Shown here: positions 56,001-64,000 of the stretch, piece by piece
How positions within the stretch are numbered: position 1 is the stretch's first letter
Layout of the letters: every line of letters starts with the position of its first letter
Assembly (NCBI GenBank): GCA_964349945.1
Contig: CAYGIH010000001.1
Coordinates: 3,934 to 67,933 of the forward strand
Direction of reading: 5' to 3'
DNA length: 64,000 nucleotides
Origin: an uncultured Candidatus Saccharibacteria bacterium
Lineage (GTDB): Bacteria; Patescibacteriota; Minisyncoccia; Phycocordibacterales; Zambryskibacteraceae
Translations under genes and position numbers: made by a program
The notes under the pieces: model-generated
What the model saw: only the letters and a program-made list of their open reading frames with translations
Databases searched by the model: none
What the model was told of the DNA's origin: nothing

Positions 56001-59000
56001 AACTGCGGGGGCAGGGAACAATCCTTATATAACTCTCAAGGGTGGTTCAAATTATTGGGGTATTCAAGGTACATTTAGTGATTCAAATAAAAATTTACAA
56101 TTTTTATATAATGGTTCAGCTGTAAATGTTGCAATAGATAATACGGGCAAGGTAGGAATCGGAAATGTAAACCCAGGTAAAACACTAGATGTCACAGGTA
56201 CAGGTAGATTCTCTGGAGTACTTACCATCTCAAATACTTCAAACTGTACAGGAAGCCAAGCTCTCCAAACTAATGCCAATGGAGATATAGCTTGTGGCAC
56301 TATCAACACAGGGGGTATCTCATCTGCAGGAGGTTGGACAACAAACAATGTTGGTTTTGTCTCTCTTTCTACCACTACAGATATCGCAGTAGTAGGTGCT
56401 TCCTCTACCCCTTATGCCAAATTTGCCATCATCTCTGGAGCTACAGCTACCACCACTTTAGCCATAGTGCCTTCAGGTTCTCAAACAGCTAACATCATTG
56501 ATATCTACAACACTTCAGGTGCTCTTTCTTCTGTCTTTACAGCAGGAGGAAATTTGGGGATTGGGACGGTGGGACCAACAGAAAAACTTCATGTGGCAGG
56601 AAATATTATTGCAAATTCAGGGAATGCTATCGGTTGGGGAGATAGAACAGCACAAATAGTTGGTGTTACTGGTGGGAGTGGAAGAATAGCTTTCGAGGTG
56701 GCTGGAGCAGAAAAAATGCGGATCGATGGAGCAACAGGCAATGTGGGAATAGGGACGACGACTCCACTGATGCCACTTTCTATAGCAGCAAATTCTGGAG
56801 CATCCGCTGTTCAACTTATTGGTCGTGTTGCGGATAATATTAGTACATTAAATTTTAGTACAAATTCTGGTGCGGTCAGCACTTATATTCAAGGCAATGG
56901 TTCTTGGCTTCGTTCTCAAGCAGATGGAGGAATTCATTTTAGAAATGGTGGGACACCTTCTGTGGCTTCTACTGATTATACGATTGAAGGTATGAATTTG
57001 GGTATAAATTCAACTTCTCCTGGTGAAAAATTGTCAGTAGAGGGTTCTGCGATAGCAAACGAAAATATTGTACGTTTTAATAATCAAGGAAATTATGCTT
57101 CGAGGATATGGTTGAGAAATACTAATCGTTCTGCATATTTTTCTGTTTCTGGTACAACCGCTGACACAATCGCAACAGATATACTCCCTTCAGGTTTGGC
57201 AATTGGTTTGGGGGGTAGTCCGAGCCCGGTTCAATTTTTTAACGGAGCCTCTGCTTCTGTGAAAATGACTATTGCTACTGATGGAAATGTGGGAATTGGG
57301 ACAACGACTCCACAACAAAAACTTGAAGTGGTGAGTGGGAATATCGGTCTTTACAACACTGGTGCTTTGAAATTTTCTCAAACATATGCAACTCCTTACA
57401 TGGACATTGCGATGCCAGATACGGACACTCTTTCTTTTAGAACAAATGTTGGCTCTGCTGATGTAAACGGAACTGCAATGGTTATCAAAAGAACTACAGG
57501 CAACGTTGGTATAGGGACAACAACACCTTCAAACTTACTTGTAGTAAATACCACAACTGCAGGAGCAGTGGGGCGTATTCATGTTCTCGGCGGGCAACCA
57601 TCCAGTGTAGGAGATACTACCTCTGCTTTGGTACTTGGAATGAATGAAGGTGCTGTGGCAAATAATGGGGTTGAGCTCCGTGCTGTCCGTTCAGCATTTT
57701 CATCACCCAATGCAACTGACTTCTCGATCGCTGTCGCTGGTTCTGAACGTGTAAGGGTCGATAAATCAGGTAATGTCGGGATTGGTTCTTCAACTCCAAT
57801 GGATTTGTTGAGTATAGGAAACTCTAACAATGGTTCGACTGATAGAAGAGCTATTAATCTTGGAGCTGGTGGATATGGTGTCCCTGGAAATGCTAACAGT
57901 TCTTCTAATGGGGATAAATTAATTTTGTTCCGCACACCAACTGGTGCGAGTGGCGATATTACTCTTGGTGTTGGAGATATTGGTGATATGTGGTTCAAGG
58001 GCACTGTATTTCGTTGGTATACCCACAATGGAGGGACAGGAGCAAGTTCAGAAAAGATGCGCTTAACACAAGCTGGCAACGTCGGTATAGGCACCACTAA
58101 CCCTGCAGAAAAGTTGCAGGTAGGAGATACTGGTTCAAATGCGATTTATATTCAATCAAGTGGTCAGACGGATACATCAGCATTAAAGTTTAGAAATACT
58201 TATGGTTCTAGTGCTACACGCAATATAAGAATGTCTGGTGATTTGGCAGTGCACATTACAGATGCTGGTGATGTGGAAAAAATGACAATACTGAATAGTG
58301 GGAACGTGGGTATAGGGATTACGAATCCTGGATATGCATTGGATGTTCAAAGGGCCGCCACTTCTGATTGGACAACCAGGATTTATAATACTGGAGTTGG
58401 AAACGGTCTTTTGGTGAGAACTTCTTCAGTAGATATGAACATGGCCCTTGGTGTTTATAATGGCACCTCGTATGTAATGTCAGTATTAAATAATGGCAAC
58501 GTAGGGATAGGGACAACAACACCAATCAATTCTCTCGGTTTTGGAACTGGAAGCACAGGTATTGGATTTTATAGTAGCAACACAACTCTTAATAGTGGGA
58601 AAATAGCAGAAATAGTCCAGAGTGAAGTTGGATCTGGAAATGGTCATCTTTTGTTTAAAACGTACCAAGGTGGTTCTGGTGGAGCAGAACGAATGCGGAT
58701 ACAGAATGATGGTAATGTAGGTATCGGGACGACGACACCGATGTCTGCCTTACATTTAGTTTCTCCAAATACAGCGACTTCTCTTACGATAGGCAATGGT
58801 CAATTCGGCAAAACCCTAGGACTCATTCAAACTTCTGCAGACACTAGTGGTTTTTTAAGAATTCAAAGTGTGCAGTCTAATGGAAGTACATATGGAAATA
58901 TCGTTCTTAATGATGCCGGTGGTAATGTAGGTATCGGGACGACGAATCCTGGGAGAGCTCTGGATGTTGTTGGCACCGCACAAGTAAGAACAGATGAAGG

Positions 59001-62000
59001 TGGTTGGTATCTCTATTCTACTGCAAATGCATTTCGTGGAGCATTTTATGACAACGGAACTTATACAGGTATCTTTGGTGATGGATCAGGAAGTAGTCCA
59101 GCTATTGCAATAGAAAATAGTAATGTGGGTATTGGGACAACTGGGCCAGGTAGCAAATTATCTATTGTGGATGGTGCGGGTGGTACAGGAAAGGGTTTTG
59201 AACTCTATTATGGTTCTGGTGCCAATAGACCTCTCACAATGGGTATCAACCGAAGTAATGGTGATGGTTGGCTTGGTTGGAATGCATATCAATCCACGGG
59301 TGATACTCAAACATACGCTGTTTCAAATTTCGCCGCACAAATTCTGTCGGCGGATGGATTAAGATTCAAGGTTGCTCCGAACGGTACTGGTGGCAATGTC
59401 ATAACTTGGACGGACGCCATGACCATTCTTTCTGGTGGTAATGTAGGTATCGGGACGACGAATCCAAGTGGTGTGTTGCAAGTAGGACCACTAGGAGGAA
59501 CTCCAGCTGGTTGGGTATATTTGAATAATAATGTTGGTCCAACTAGTGCGAATCCTTCTGCCTTTGCAGGTTTAGCTTTAGGTTGGAATGCGACGAACGG
59601 GAATGGGGAATCCATTATTGCTTTTGGGACAGGTTCTGGTTCGGCAGGAGGAGGTGCTGCCAGAAGATTATCATTTGTTGAGTGGGATGGAACCACAAGA
59701 AATGAAAGGTTAACAATTGATGAAGGTGGCAATATTGGAGTAGGTACTACCTCTCCTTATACACGATTTGCAGTCGTTGATTCTACTTCTGTGAGAGAGA
59801 TGATTTTTAACGACACCATTAATTCTGCTGCTAACTATTTGACTCTAAAGGGTCCATCAGGGGTAAATGGTCAAGTTGGTTTGAATCTCCGTATTGACAG
59901 TACAAATCTTTGGCAAATTTATGCAGATAACAATCAATCTGGTGCATCACAAAATGGTTTGGCTATCCAAAGTGGTGGTGGGGTAAAAATGTTTATACAA
60001 GGCGGGGGTAATGTAGGAATTGGGACGACTACACCGATTGAACAACTTACAGTTTATGGAGCAACAAATCCAAGAATCGGTATTAATGCTCCTGCAGGCA
60101 CTTCTGTTGGGTTGAACTTGTATGAAGCCCAGGTGACTAAATGGACTGTAGGGAAAGATAGCAACAATAAGTTCCTAATCGCTCGTCCAGGTCAGTCAGA
60201 TTTTTATATTGATACTTCTGGAAACGTCGGCATCGGGACGACGACTCCTGCGACTATGTTGGAAATAAGTGGAACCGCAAATATTGGCCCACAATTAACC
60301 TTACGTTCTACTAGTGCTAATGGTACATATGCGGGTCTCAAAATTAATACTGACGTCACTACGAATAACAGTTCTCGAACCTGGTTTATTGGATCCAACA
60401 CATATGAATATGGCGATTTTGCTCTGATTCAAAGCAATACGAAAATGGGCGATCCGGTTATTGCTGGAACTGATAGATTTCACATTAGTGCCGGTGGCAA
60501 CGTCGGGATTGGAATAACAAATCCTGCATATAAATTAGAAGTTAAGGAAACAGGTGGTGCTGCGATAAACTTAATTAATCAATTAGAGTTGGAAACAGTT
60601 GGAACCAATACTTGGGCAGGTGTTAGGTTTACTGATGGTGTTACTGCTAATGCTTTCATAGGTTATATTACCGGAACAGGGGCATCAGATAGACTGCTGG
60701 GTTTTGCTAATAATTCCGCAACATCACAAATGGTTATAAATGGAAACGGCAACGTCGGTATCGGGACTACGAATCCAGCAAATGCAAAACTTGATGTGAA
60801 TGGGAACATTAGTTTGGGAACTAATGCTGGTGGTGGTACTTTATATTTTGGAAACGATGCTGCTGGTGGTGTTCAAAATAGAATTCAATATGCAGCGAGT
60901 GAATTTGGTTTGTACACAAATCAAAGTCTTGGTTTTAATTTTTACAATAGTGGAACTAATGCTGTTGCCATTAATGCGAATGGCAAGGTTGGTATCGGGA
61001 CGACGAGCCCACTTACAAATTTGCATGTTTATGGAACTTCATACCCATGGTTTATGCTTGATGGTAATGGAACAACAAAGGGGTTTTTGGCTATGAGAGT
61101 TAATACTGCCACAAATAATGATGTCAATGTTTTTTATGGCAATGATAATAGTTCAAAATTGATTTTTAACAGACAAGGGTATGCGAATCGAGGCACAGCT
61201 GTCGGTGAGACGGCGGTTATGACATTAGATAGCACTGGCAACGTCGGTATCGGGACGACGAACCCGAGCCAGTTGCTCACGTTAGCAAGCACTGGGTACT
61301 TTGGATGGGATAATGGAGCGGGCACTGTCGACGCAAGTTTATATCGTGCTGCAAGTGGCATTATTAGGACGGGTAGTCGTCTTGATGTGACGAACGCAAG
61401 TGGTATCCTCACGAACAGTATCGCACAATATACCGCAAGCAATCTCGTTATTGGTAACGCTGCCTATAACATATCAATGAACGGCAATGTCGGGATTGGA
61501 ACCACGAGCCCTGGGGTTAAATTTGATGTTCTTAATAGTGCTGGGGGTACAGTCAGTAGATTTTATAATTCTGGCACAAATGGTGTAGCAGGATATGCGG
61601 CCACTCCAGTACTCGCAGTTTCCTCAAAAAGTAATGGAACTTTCACAGCTGGGCATGCAATATTTAGTGTGGGTCGAGATAATACATCATCAGACTATTT
61701 CAACATAACTGACACATTGTTTACAGTTCTTGGTGCTGGAAATGTGGGAATTGGGACAACGAATCCAGGTACCAAATTGGAAATAGTTGCATCTGGAGGT
61801 ACTACTGCATTAATTAGAAATACCGATTCCACAAGCTATGGGGGCTTGAGAGTTTACAATGATCAAAACAGTAATTTGCGATCATTAGAAATTGATTATT
61901 CGGGTAGTACTTATGCTGGTTCATTAGTTACTGGAGGACCTACTGGAGAATCTGCGTCAATCGCCACTACTGGTGCATATCCACTAGTTCTAGGAACTAA

Positions 62001-64000
62001 CAATACAGCCAGGATGACAATATTGTCTGGTGGAAATGTAGGAATTGGAACAACAGCACCAGGAAATATTTTGGAAATCAAAAGTGGGGTTCCAAGGCTG
62101 TTAATTAATGGAACAACCAATCCAGGTTATAGAGGAATTGAATTTCAAAATACAGGTACATCATTTGCATCAACAACAGCAGATGCATCTTCTGGAGAAT
62201 ATAGAGATAGTATCGGACCTATTACTCCGTGGGGAGGTTTTAGAACATTTTATACTGATACTGTAGAAAGAATGAGGATTACATCAACAGGCAACGTAGG
62301 TATTGGGACGACTAATCCTTCTACAGCTCTCTATGTAGTCGGAGAAATTACAGCTAGCACTGTATTAAATGCTGGGTCGTATGTATATACTGGTGATCTT
62401 TATCATCGAGGAAATTTCCGAGTTCTCAACAAAGCCGCCAACGATTTTGTGACATGGGCAACACGGGACACATCTGGATCAGAAAGTGTTATGAATTTAT
62501 CAAGCATTGGGACTATTACAACGAGTGGGGCTGTTACTATAAATGCGAGTGGTGCAGGAGCTTTTGTTATGAATGGTTCTGGAGGAACAGATTCATATAT
62601 TAGATTTGCGGATGCGCAAATTGGAGGACAGACTGCAGGACTCGCCTATCTTCAATGGCAACGAGATAATAATCAAGGAAGAAGGTTTTCAGTAAATGTA
62701 TCAAGTAATGGGGGTGTGACAAATCAAGCGATGACAATTATGGAGACAGGCAACGTCGGAATAGGCACTACCACACCTGCAGAAAAATTAAACTTGTATG
62801 GAGGAAATATTAGATTGAGTAATTCTTTAGGTGGAACAGGAGAGATAGGTAGAATTGTTGGTTGGAACAATATCGGGACACAATTGGAGGCAGCTTCAAT
62901 TGCATTCTTGAGAGATAGTATAGGAGATGGTGATTATGGTGCGATTGCATTTAATACACTAGCTGGCTCGGAAAGAATGAGGATTGCTTCTACTGGCAAT
63001 GTGGGTATTGGGACAACAAGTCCTGTTACAAAATTAGAAGTAGCATCAGCTACTGATGGAGATGGATTAAGACTGCATTATACAGGTGGTACTGCTGGGG
63101 GTGTTGGTTCTCGATTGACATTCAATTCAAATACTAATAGTGGACCCTCTCAAATATTTGCAGCTATCAAGTCATATATGCAAAGTGGTAATGATGTGAA
63201 TTATGGTGGAGATTTGAATTTCTATACAGCTGATTCAGGAAATGCTGGAGCATTAACTCAAAGAATGACAATTTTAACTGGGGGTAATGTTGGTATTGGG
63301 ACGACTGCACCAGGTGCGAAGTTAGATATTTATGAAGGGGGAAGTGTTGATAACCTGCATTTATATAAAACATCTGGGGGTGCACATGTACTTTCAATGG
63401 GTACAAATTTTGGAGGAGGAAACACTTTTGCAATAGATCCTTTTATAAATGGAGTTGATAATGGAGGATTTAGTATTTATGATGTAACTAATTCTGTTAA
63501 TAGATTGGTAATAGCACCAACTACTGGCAACATTGGAGTTGGAACAGTAAGCCCTGGTGCGAAGTTAAGTGTTTCTGGTGGAGTTGGAATTGGTAGTGGG
63601 TACGCAACAACCGCAGTTTCTGATGGAAATTTGATTGTATCTGGTAATGTTGGCGTAGGTACAACAAACGCAACTAATCGTGGGTTAAATGTTGTGGCTC
63701 CAAGTGATGTGGGAATTGAGGTTTCTGTTCCACGCACGACAGGAACTAATTATGCAATATTGGCTAGTGCCACCGGAGCGGGGGCTGGTTTGAATCAAGG
63801 TTTGAACGTGGGGGCAAGTGGTGCGACTAGCAATTATTCTATACGAATTGCTAGTCCAGTGGCTTCTGCGGGTAATTATGCAATATACAGCGATGCGACC
63901 GCTCAAGCTTATTTTGAAGGTAGTGTTGGGATAGGGGTTGCAAGTCCAGGACAAAAACTTGATGTGAATGGAATTTCTAGATTTAGAGATTATTTAAATT
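50083..64000 (+). CDS. Giant paralog 2 (more than 4630 aa inside the window; runs off the 3' edge). It has the same architecture: two HTH_17-like domains, a TM anchor, and a GNVGIGTT-repeat ectodomain.
   Basis: The frame is open from the in-frame TAG at 50047-49 to the window end. The first start is a GTG at 50083 (VNKELFSENGEFISSRLASKKIGYSHDHISALIRSGKVSGKKVGRVWLVDFHSLENYKK...). The second HTH repeat is 'ASKKIGYSQDHIGALVRGGKVAGQKIGRVWYVDFRSL'. The TM helix is identical to gene 1. The frame was spot-checked at 53041 (..PTYALSVEGSSTLGNQAIAGYFTATSTTATSTFAGAVGIGTT..). No long + strand ORF in any other frame is listed in this span. Confidence 0.8.
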   Translation, partial: MNKELFSENGEFISSRLASKKIGYSHDHISALIRSGKVSGKKVGRVWLVDFHSLENYKKSIDLKNFEPGKISGQMRSYTFKTKNHLGKNFLSVEKASKKIGYSQDHIGALVRGGKVAGQKIGRVWYVDFRSLRRHKKSQRIIFRQNVQKPTTNVPPIEPRLSLPHPISQKVIKYEEEVAPKFVEVSKDKYKIKKELLLRELLGGALITSMLIMVVTLASVSGIKQIAKTDTFNKLADGSISAEISQGLNNTSASILATISDGLQNLWNNLFGKKENTVLVVVPPDSLSNKEPTLKPSTSEGSGKTTIINNPPAQTIINEYKSITQVTPLDLTLDDVVNNGDTTRLDVRLLGNVEIGKNLNIKGSIVSGSSVIAKNGSFSSLSTSGDFSAGGEITLGNPEDNFIINSKNVSIDEDGNANFVGGLTATFLDLTGPTTMGDLEFNNATGTSATTTNLATTNFTTSNLNTNNLSLGTTSTSANINITQTANGSTTIQANRFTDAAPSGDFIRYNNAANDTTLFRVDNSGNLYAGGIINSGSQTITSTSQPQFRIQYDASNENTTSVTLNGVTTYGFNGTTPRAIFTPQSNRTDTFTFTDASSNPIFNIDTTNQRVGIGTTSPFAKLSISNAVTDTVNTPLLNISSTTGGTSTTTLFTVLASGNVGIGTTSPTNKLSVSGNADISGTLTVSGNAAFGGGTVQGNAVVYASKTITSVLSQAGLSGVLTLNPSGNTSASYLGGQGALLVSSGNVRNLTGTILGLLGEVQHSGTGILSNPIGVIGNVINKSSGNMTNAQGVRSSIDNNGTGIITNAYGTYAIIDNTNTGTTTNAFDLFAANGAVSAGRIDNYYGLYLENITAGALTNYSIYSAGGNNYFGGNVGIGTTNPGYKLDVVGNVDGAVNAYGMRNLSDGGSAYSIFQMWNNTANTAGFFFNSSNRGGDGGPNGFSFFNDAGPVRFRGNGNVIFATGAYPGVDKMILSSGGNFGIATSSPTYALSVEGSSTLGNQAIAGYFTATSTTATSTFAGAVGIGTTTPSSKFAITGLGTGIGRAFVVADSTNSEKLSVLDNGSIVSNGQITFPNSNGLHSGYGIGNSGENRLQFNGGPNGYVFNSYSNGSNILSIDNTGNIGVLGSNISLGTGSGSYSQVILSTSGRNWDFGVDTGSAPVGGFSIRDRDNSYAKVFTLEAGAPNGSFYVKNSGNVGIGTTSPTHKLSVEGSSTLGNQAIAGYFTATSTTATSTFAGDVRIANNKKLGFQPVQGYDHAKWNMSVDTNNDFTFNGEAGKNLTFAGFGSLAAWPENVSHLISGTGDFQMDGYTGGQLRYLGGDANWYSGAASDYSLDGSFGMRFSIGASGNSNRGWTFYDNTSSTIEAAISSIGNGYFRGSLGIGTTTPAYKLSVEGSSTLGNQAIAGYFTATSTTATSTFAGAVGIGTTTPTSKMSIVGNGSSGIFGPYMSNVLNVSGANLGTTAGDNSLIASFGADVGSGWQNALGIRSYRYSNGNGYTTAGIMLGLDYNTAPIMSYIGLNQNGNIGIGTMDPQKKLTIEVGGGIDYQLRLGKSNAYYDIGRNDVDGLLYFTGNQSFPYVGYVFNTGNLGIGTTSPYQKLAVVGNVLADAFIATSTTATSTFSGFIDVNGTGTNATSTFASNLWVKGGLKVGTGSLYLNDAGITSSDGNLSIQRNTSSYLLGGNVGIGTTTPNKKFVIRSNSDASFLRLETDGTHGVKPIISFDSGLSGINRMDKAQIQGGYDSVQSGSGGILNFLTKDTSEVLQSRMYLDAMGNVGIGTTGPGALLDLYKSDAITGAGLRIVSQDTAVGSPPFSTIEFKTSRTDSTSLLQAGRIVSGWDGAGYDTARTTLQYPTGADAWTDGLTLKYGNVGIGTTNPGAKLDIGTTVDGSKTLGINGADTAWDAISFNAASAAKSYSIARRGSAEYFGILNNGNWRLVIADTTGNVGIGTTTPGSLLHAYAGSGNPEFRLETAGAGNNPYITLKGGSNYWGIQGTFSDSNKNLQFLYNGSAVNVAIDNTGKVGIGNVNPGKTLDVTGTGRFSGVLTISNTSNCTGSQALQTNANGDIACGTINTGGISSAGGWTTNNVGFVSLSTTTDIAVVGASSTPYAKFAIISGATATTTLAIVPSGSQTANIIDIYNTSGALSSVFTAGGNLGIGTVGPTEKLHVAGNIIANSGNAIGWGDRTAQIVGVTGGSGRIAFEVAGAEKMRIDGATGNVGIGTTTPLMPLSIAANSGASAVQLIGRVADNISTLNFSTNSGAVSTYIQGNGSWLRSQADGGIHFRNGGTPSVASTDYTIEGMNLGINSTSPGEKLSVEGSAIANENIVRFNNQGNYASRIWLRNTNRSAYFSVSGTTADTIATDILPSGLAIGLGGSPSPVQFFNGASASVKMTIATDGNVGIGTTTPQQKLEVVSGNIGLYNTGALKFSQTYATPYMDIAMPDTDTLSFRTNVGSADVNGTAMVIKRTTGNVGIGTTTPSNLLVVNTTTAGAVGRIHVLGGQPSSVGDTTSALVLGMNEGAVANNGVELRAVRSAFSSPNATDFSIAVAGSERVRVDKSGNVGIGSSTPMDLLSIGNSNNGSTDRRAINLGAGGYGVPGNANSSSNGDKLILFRTPTGASGDITLGVGDIGDMWFKGTVFRWYTHNGGTGASSEKMRLTQAGNVGIGTTNPAEKLQVGDTGSNAIYIQSSGQTDTSALKFRNTYGSSATRNIRMSGDLAVHITDAGDVEKMTILNSGNVGIGITNPGYALDVQRAATSDWTTRIYNTGVGNGLLVRTSSVDMNMALGVYNGTSYVMSVLNNGNVGIGTTTPINSLGFGTGSTGIGFYSSNTTLNSGKIAEIVQSEVGSGNGHLLFKTYQGGSGGAERMRIQNDGNVGIGTTTPMSALHLVSPNTATSLTIGNGQFGKTLGLIQTSADTSGFLRIQSVQSNGSTYGNIVLNDAGGNVGIGTTNPGRALDVVGTAQVRTDEGGWYLYSTANAFRGAFYDNGTYTGIFGDGSGSSPAIAIENSNVGIGTTGPGSKLSIVDGAGGTGKGFELYYGSGANRPLTMGINRSNGDGWLGWNAYQSTGDTQTYAVSNFAAQILSADGLRFKVAPNGTGGNVITWTDAMTILSGGNVGIGTTNPSGVLQVGPLGGTPAGWVYLNNNVGPTSANPSAFAGLALGWNATNGNGESIIAFGTGSGSAGGGAARRLSFVEWDGTTRNERLTIDEGGNIGVGTTSPYTRFAVVDSTSVREMIFNDTINSAANYLTLKGPSGVNGQVGLNLRIDSTNLWQIYADNNQSGASQNGLAIQSGGGVKMFIQGGGNVGIGTTTPIEQLTVYGATNPRIGINAPAGTSVGLNLYEAQVTKWTVGKDSNNKFLIARPGQSDFYIDTSGNVGIGTTTPATMLEISGTANIGPQLTLRSTSANGTYAGLKINTDVTTNNSSRTWFIGSNTYEYGDFALIQSNTKMGDPVIAGTDRFHISAGGNVGIGITNPAYKLEVKETGGAAINLINQLELETVGTNTWAGVRFTDGVTANAFIGYITGTGASDRLLGFANNSATSQMVINGNGNVGIGTTNPANAKLDVNGNISLGTNAGGGTLYFGNDAAGGVQNRIQYAASEFGLYTNQSLGFNFYNSGTNAVAINANGKVGIGTTSPLTNLHVYGTSYPWFMLDGNGTTKGFLAMRVNTATNNDVNVFYGNDNSSKLIFNRQGYANRGTAVGETAVMTLDSTGNVGIGTTNPSQLLTLASTGYFGWDNGAGTVDASLYRAASGIIRTGSRLDVTNASGILTNSIAQYTASNLVIGNAAYNISMNGNVGIGTTSPGVKFDVLNSAGGTVSRFYNSGTNGVAGYAATPVLAVSSKSNGTFTAGHAIFSVGRDNTSSDYFNITDTLFTVLGAGNVGIGTTNPGTKLEIVASGGTTALIRNTDSTSYGGLRVYNDQNSNLRSLEIDYSGSTYAGSLVTGGPTGESASIATTGAYPLVLGTNNTARMTILSGGNVGIGTTAPGNILEIKSGVPRLLINGTTNPGYRGIEFQNTGTSFASTTADASSGEYRDSIGPITPWGGFRTFYTDTVERMRITSTGNVGIGTTNPSTALYVVGEITASTVLNAGSYVYTGDLYHRGNFRVLNKAANDFVTWATRDTSGSESVMNLSSIGTITTSGAVTINASGAGAFVMNGSGGTDSYIRFADAQIGGQTAGLAYLQWQRDNNQGRRFSVNVSSNGGVTNQAMTIMETGNVGIGTTTPAEKLNLYGGNIRLSNSLGGTGEIGRIVGWNNIGTQLEAASIAFLRDSIGDGDYGAIAFNTLAGSERMRIASTGNVGIGTTSPVTKLEVASATDGDGLRLHYTGGTAGGVGSRLTFNSNTNSGPSQIFAAIKSYMQSGNDVNYGGDLNFYTADSGNAGALTQRMTILTGGNVGIGTTAPGAKLDIYEGGSVDNLHLYKTSGGAHVLSMGTNFGGGNTFAIDPFINGVDNGGFSIYDVTNSVNRLVIAPTTGNIGVGTVSPGAKLSVSGGVGIGSGYATTAVSDGNLIVSGNVGVGTTNATNRGLNVVAPSDVGIEVSVPRTTGTNYAILASATGAGAGLNQGLNVGASGATSNYSIRIASPVASAGNYAIYSDATAQAYFEGSVGIGVASPGQKLDVNGISRFRDYLN
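50546..51318 (+). repeat. Copy 2 of the 773-bp perfect repeat (in giant gene 2)
   Basis: See 40364-41136. The identical antisense 63-aa ORFs 40635..40826 and 50817..51008 in the ORF track confirm it. Confidence 0.8.
53044..53171 (+). repeat. 110-bp module copy E (gene 2)
   Basis: acatatgctctctccgtcgaaggttcatcaactcttggtaatcaagctattgctggttacttcactgcaacttctacaacagctacgtctacgtttgc. Confidence 0.65.
53695..53800 (+). repeat. 110-bp module copy F (gene 2)
   Basis: cacacacaaactctccgttgaaggttcatcaactcttggtaatcaagccatcgctggatattttactgcgacttcgactacagctacttcgactttcgc. Confidence 0.65.
54247..54374 (+). repeat. 110-bp module copy G (gene 2)
   Basis: gcatacaaactttctgtcgaaggttcatcaactctcggcaatcaagctattgcaggatatttcactgcaacttcaactacggctacttcaacatttgc. 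Confidence 0.65.

Noticed and set aside
40635-63954. Dozens of minus-strand ORFs of 60-200 aa inside the two giant genes (for example 51054..51659, 57579..58097, 59307..59732). Many contain 'VVPIPT' or 'FVVPIPTLP'.
   Set aside because: They are antisense shadows of the GNVGIGTT coding repeats (VVPIPT is the reverse-complement translation). Long open antisense frames are expected in repeat-rich, codon-biased giant genes. No independent start or RBS evidence.
39898-64000. Considered whether the regular repeats in the giant genes could be a CRISPR array or a satellite.
   Set aside because: Repeats are imperfect, of variable spacing, lie in one continuous reading frame and encode a consistent peptide motif. 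There are no short identical direct repeats with unique spacers.
1-64000. tRNA and rRNA genes.
   Set aside because: Intergenic spaces are short. None of them showed cloverleaf-compatible acceptor/T-arm pairing or rRNA-like conserved blocks when read by eye. The three-palindrome segment at 29946-30024 does not pair 5' to 3' as an acceptor stem.

Overview
This is an AT-rich, gene-dense bacterial window with short, often overlapping genes. The gene content resembles a small-genome Patescibacteria/CPR-like organism, but that is inference from composition and gene content only.

Layout, left to right:
- 1-1343: the 3' part of a VirD4/TraG-like type IV coupling protein.
- ~1.3-26 kb: a very large cell-surface glycan biosynthesis cluster. 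It holds at least 9 family-1 glycosyltransferases, 2 family-2 glycosyltransferases, at least 9 SAM-dependent/FkbM methyltransferases, an NAD-dependent epimerase, a Wzx-type flippase, and a YfhO/GtrA/GtrB-like three-component glycosylation module. Embedded in it is a 0.65-kb GC-rich single-gene island with its own promoter, Shine-Dalgarno sequence and terminator.
- 26.4-29.5 kb: an ArsR-family regulator flanked by two copies of one palindromic operator, followed by an 872-aa secreted lipase-like alpha/beta hydrolase.
- 29.9-30.0 kb: three consecutive perfect palindromes.
- 30.0-32.3 kb: an O-antigen-ligase/TPR membrane protein.
- 32.4-39.3 kb: a lysine-rich micro-ORF plus hairpin leader in front of secA, then secA, a DsbA/DsbB-like pair, MYG1, obg and gatB.
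- 39.3-64.0 kb: the most unusual locus. A small Xis/MerR-like HTH gene sits divergent from two tandem giant paralogous genes (3296 aa, and more than 4600 aa running off the window). Each encodes two cytoplasmic HTH_17-like domains, one TM anchor, and an enormous ectodomain built from phage tail-fibre-like GNVGIGTT repeats. Gene 1 also has a 7-blade beta-propeller-like block and a C-terminal peptidase-S74-type intramolecular-chaperone domain.
- Around the giant genes are conserved palindromic motifs, a conserved GTTGTCCACAAA box 64 nt upstream of both starts, an AGCT heptamer repeat tract, a 773-bp perfectly identical segment shared by the two genes, and seven copies of a ~110-bp intragenic module.

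No rRNA, tRNA or CRISPR array was detected by eye.
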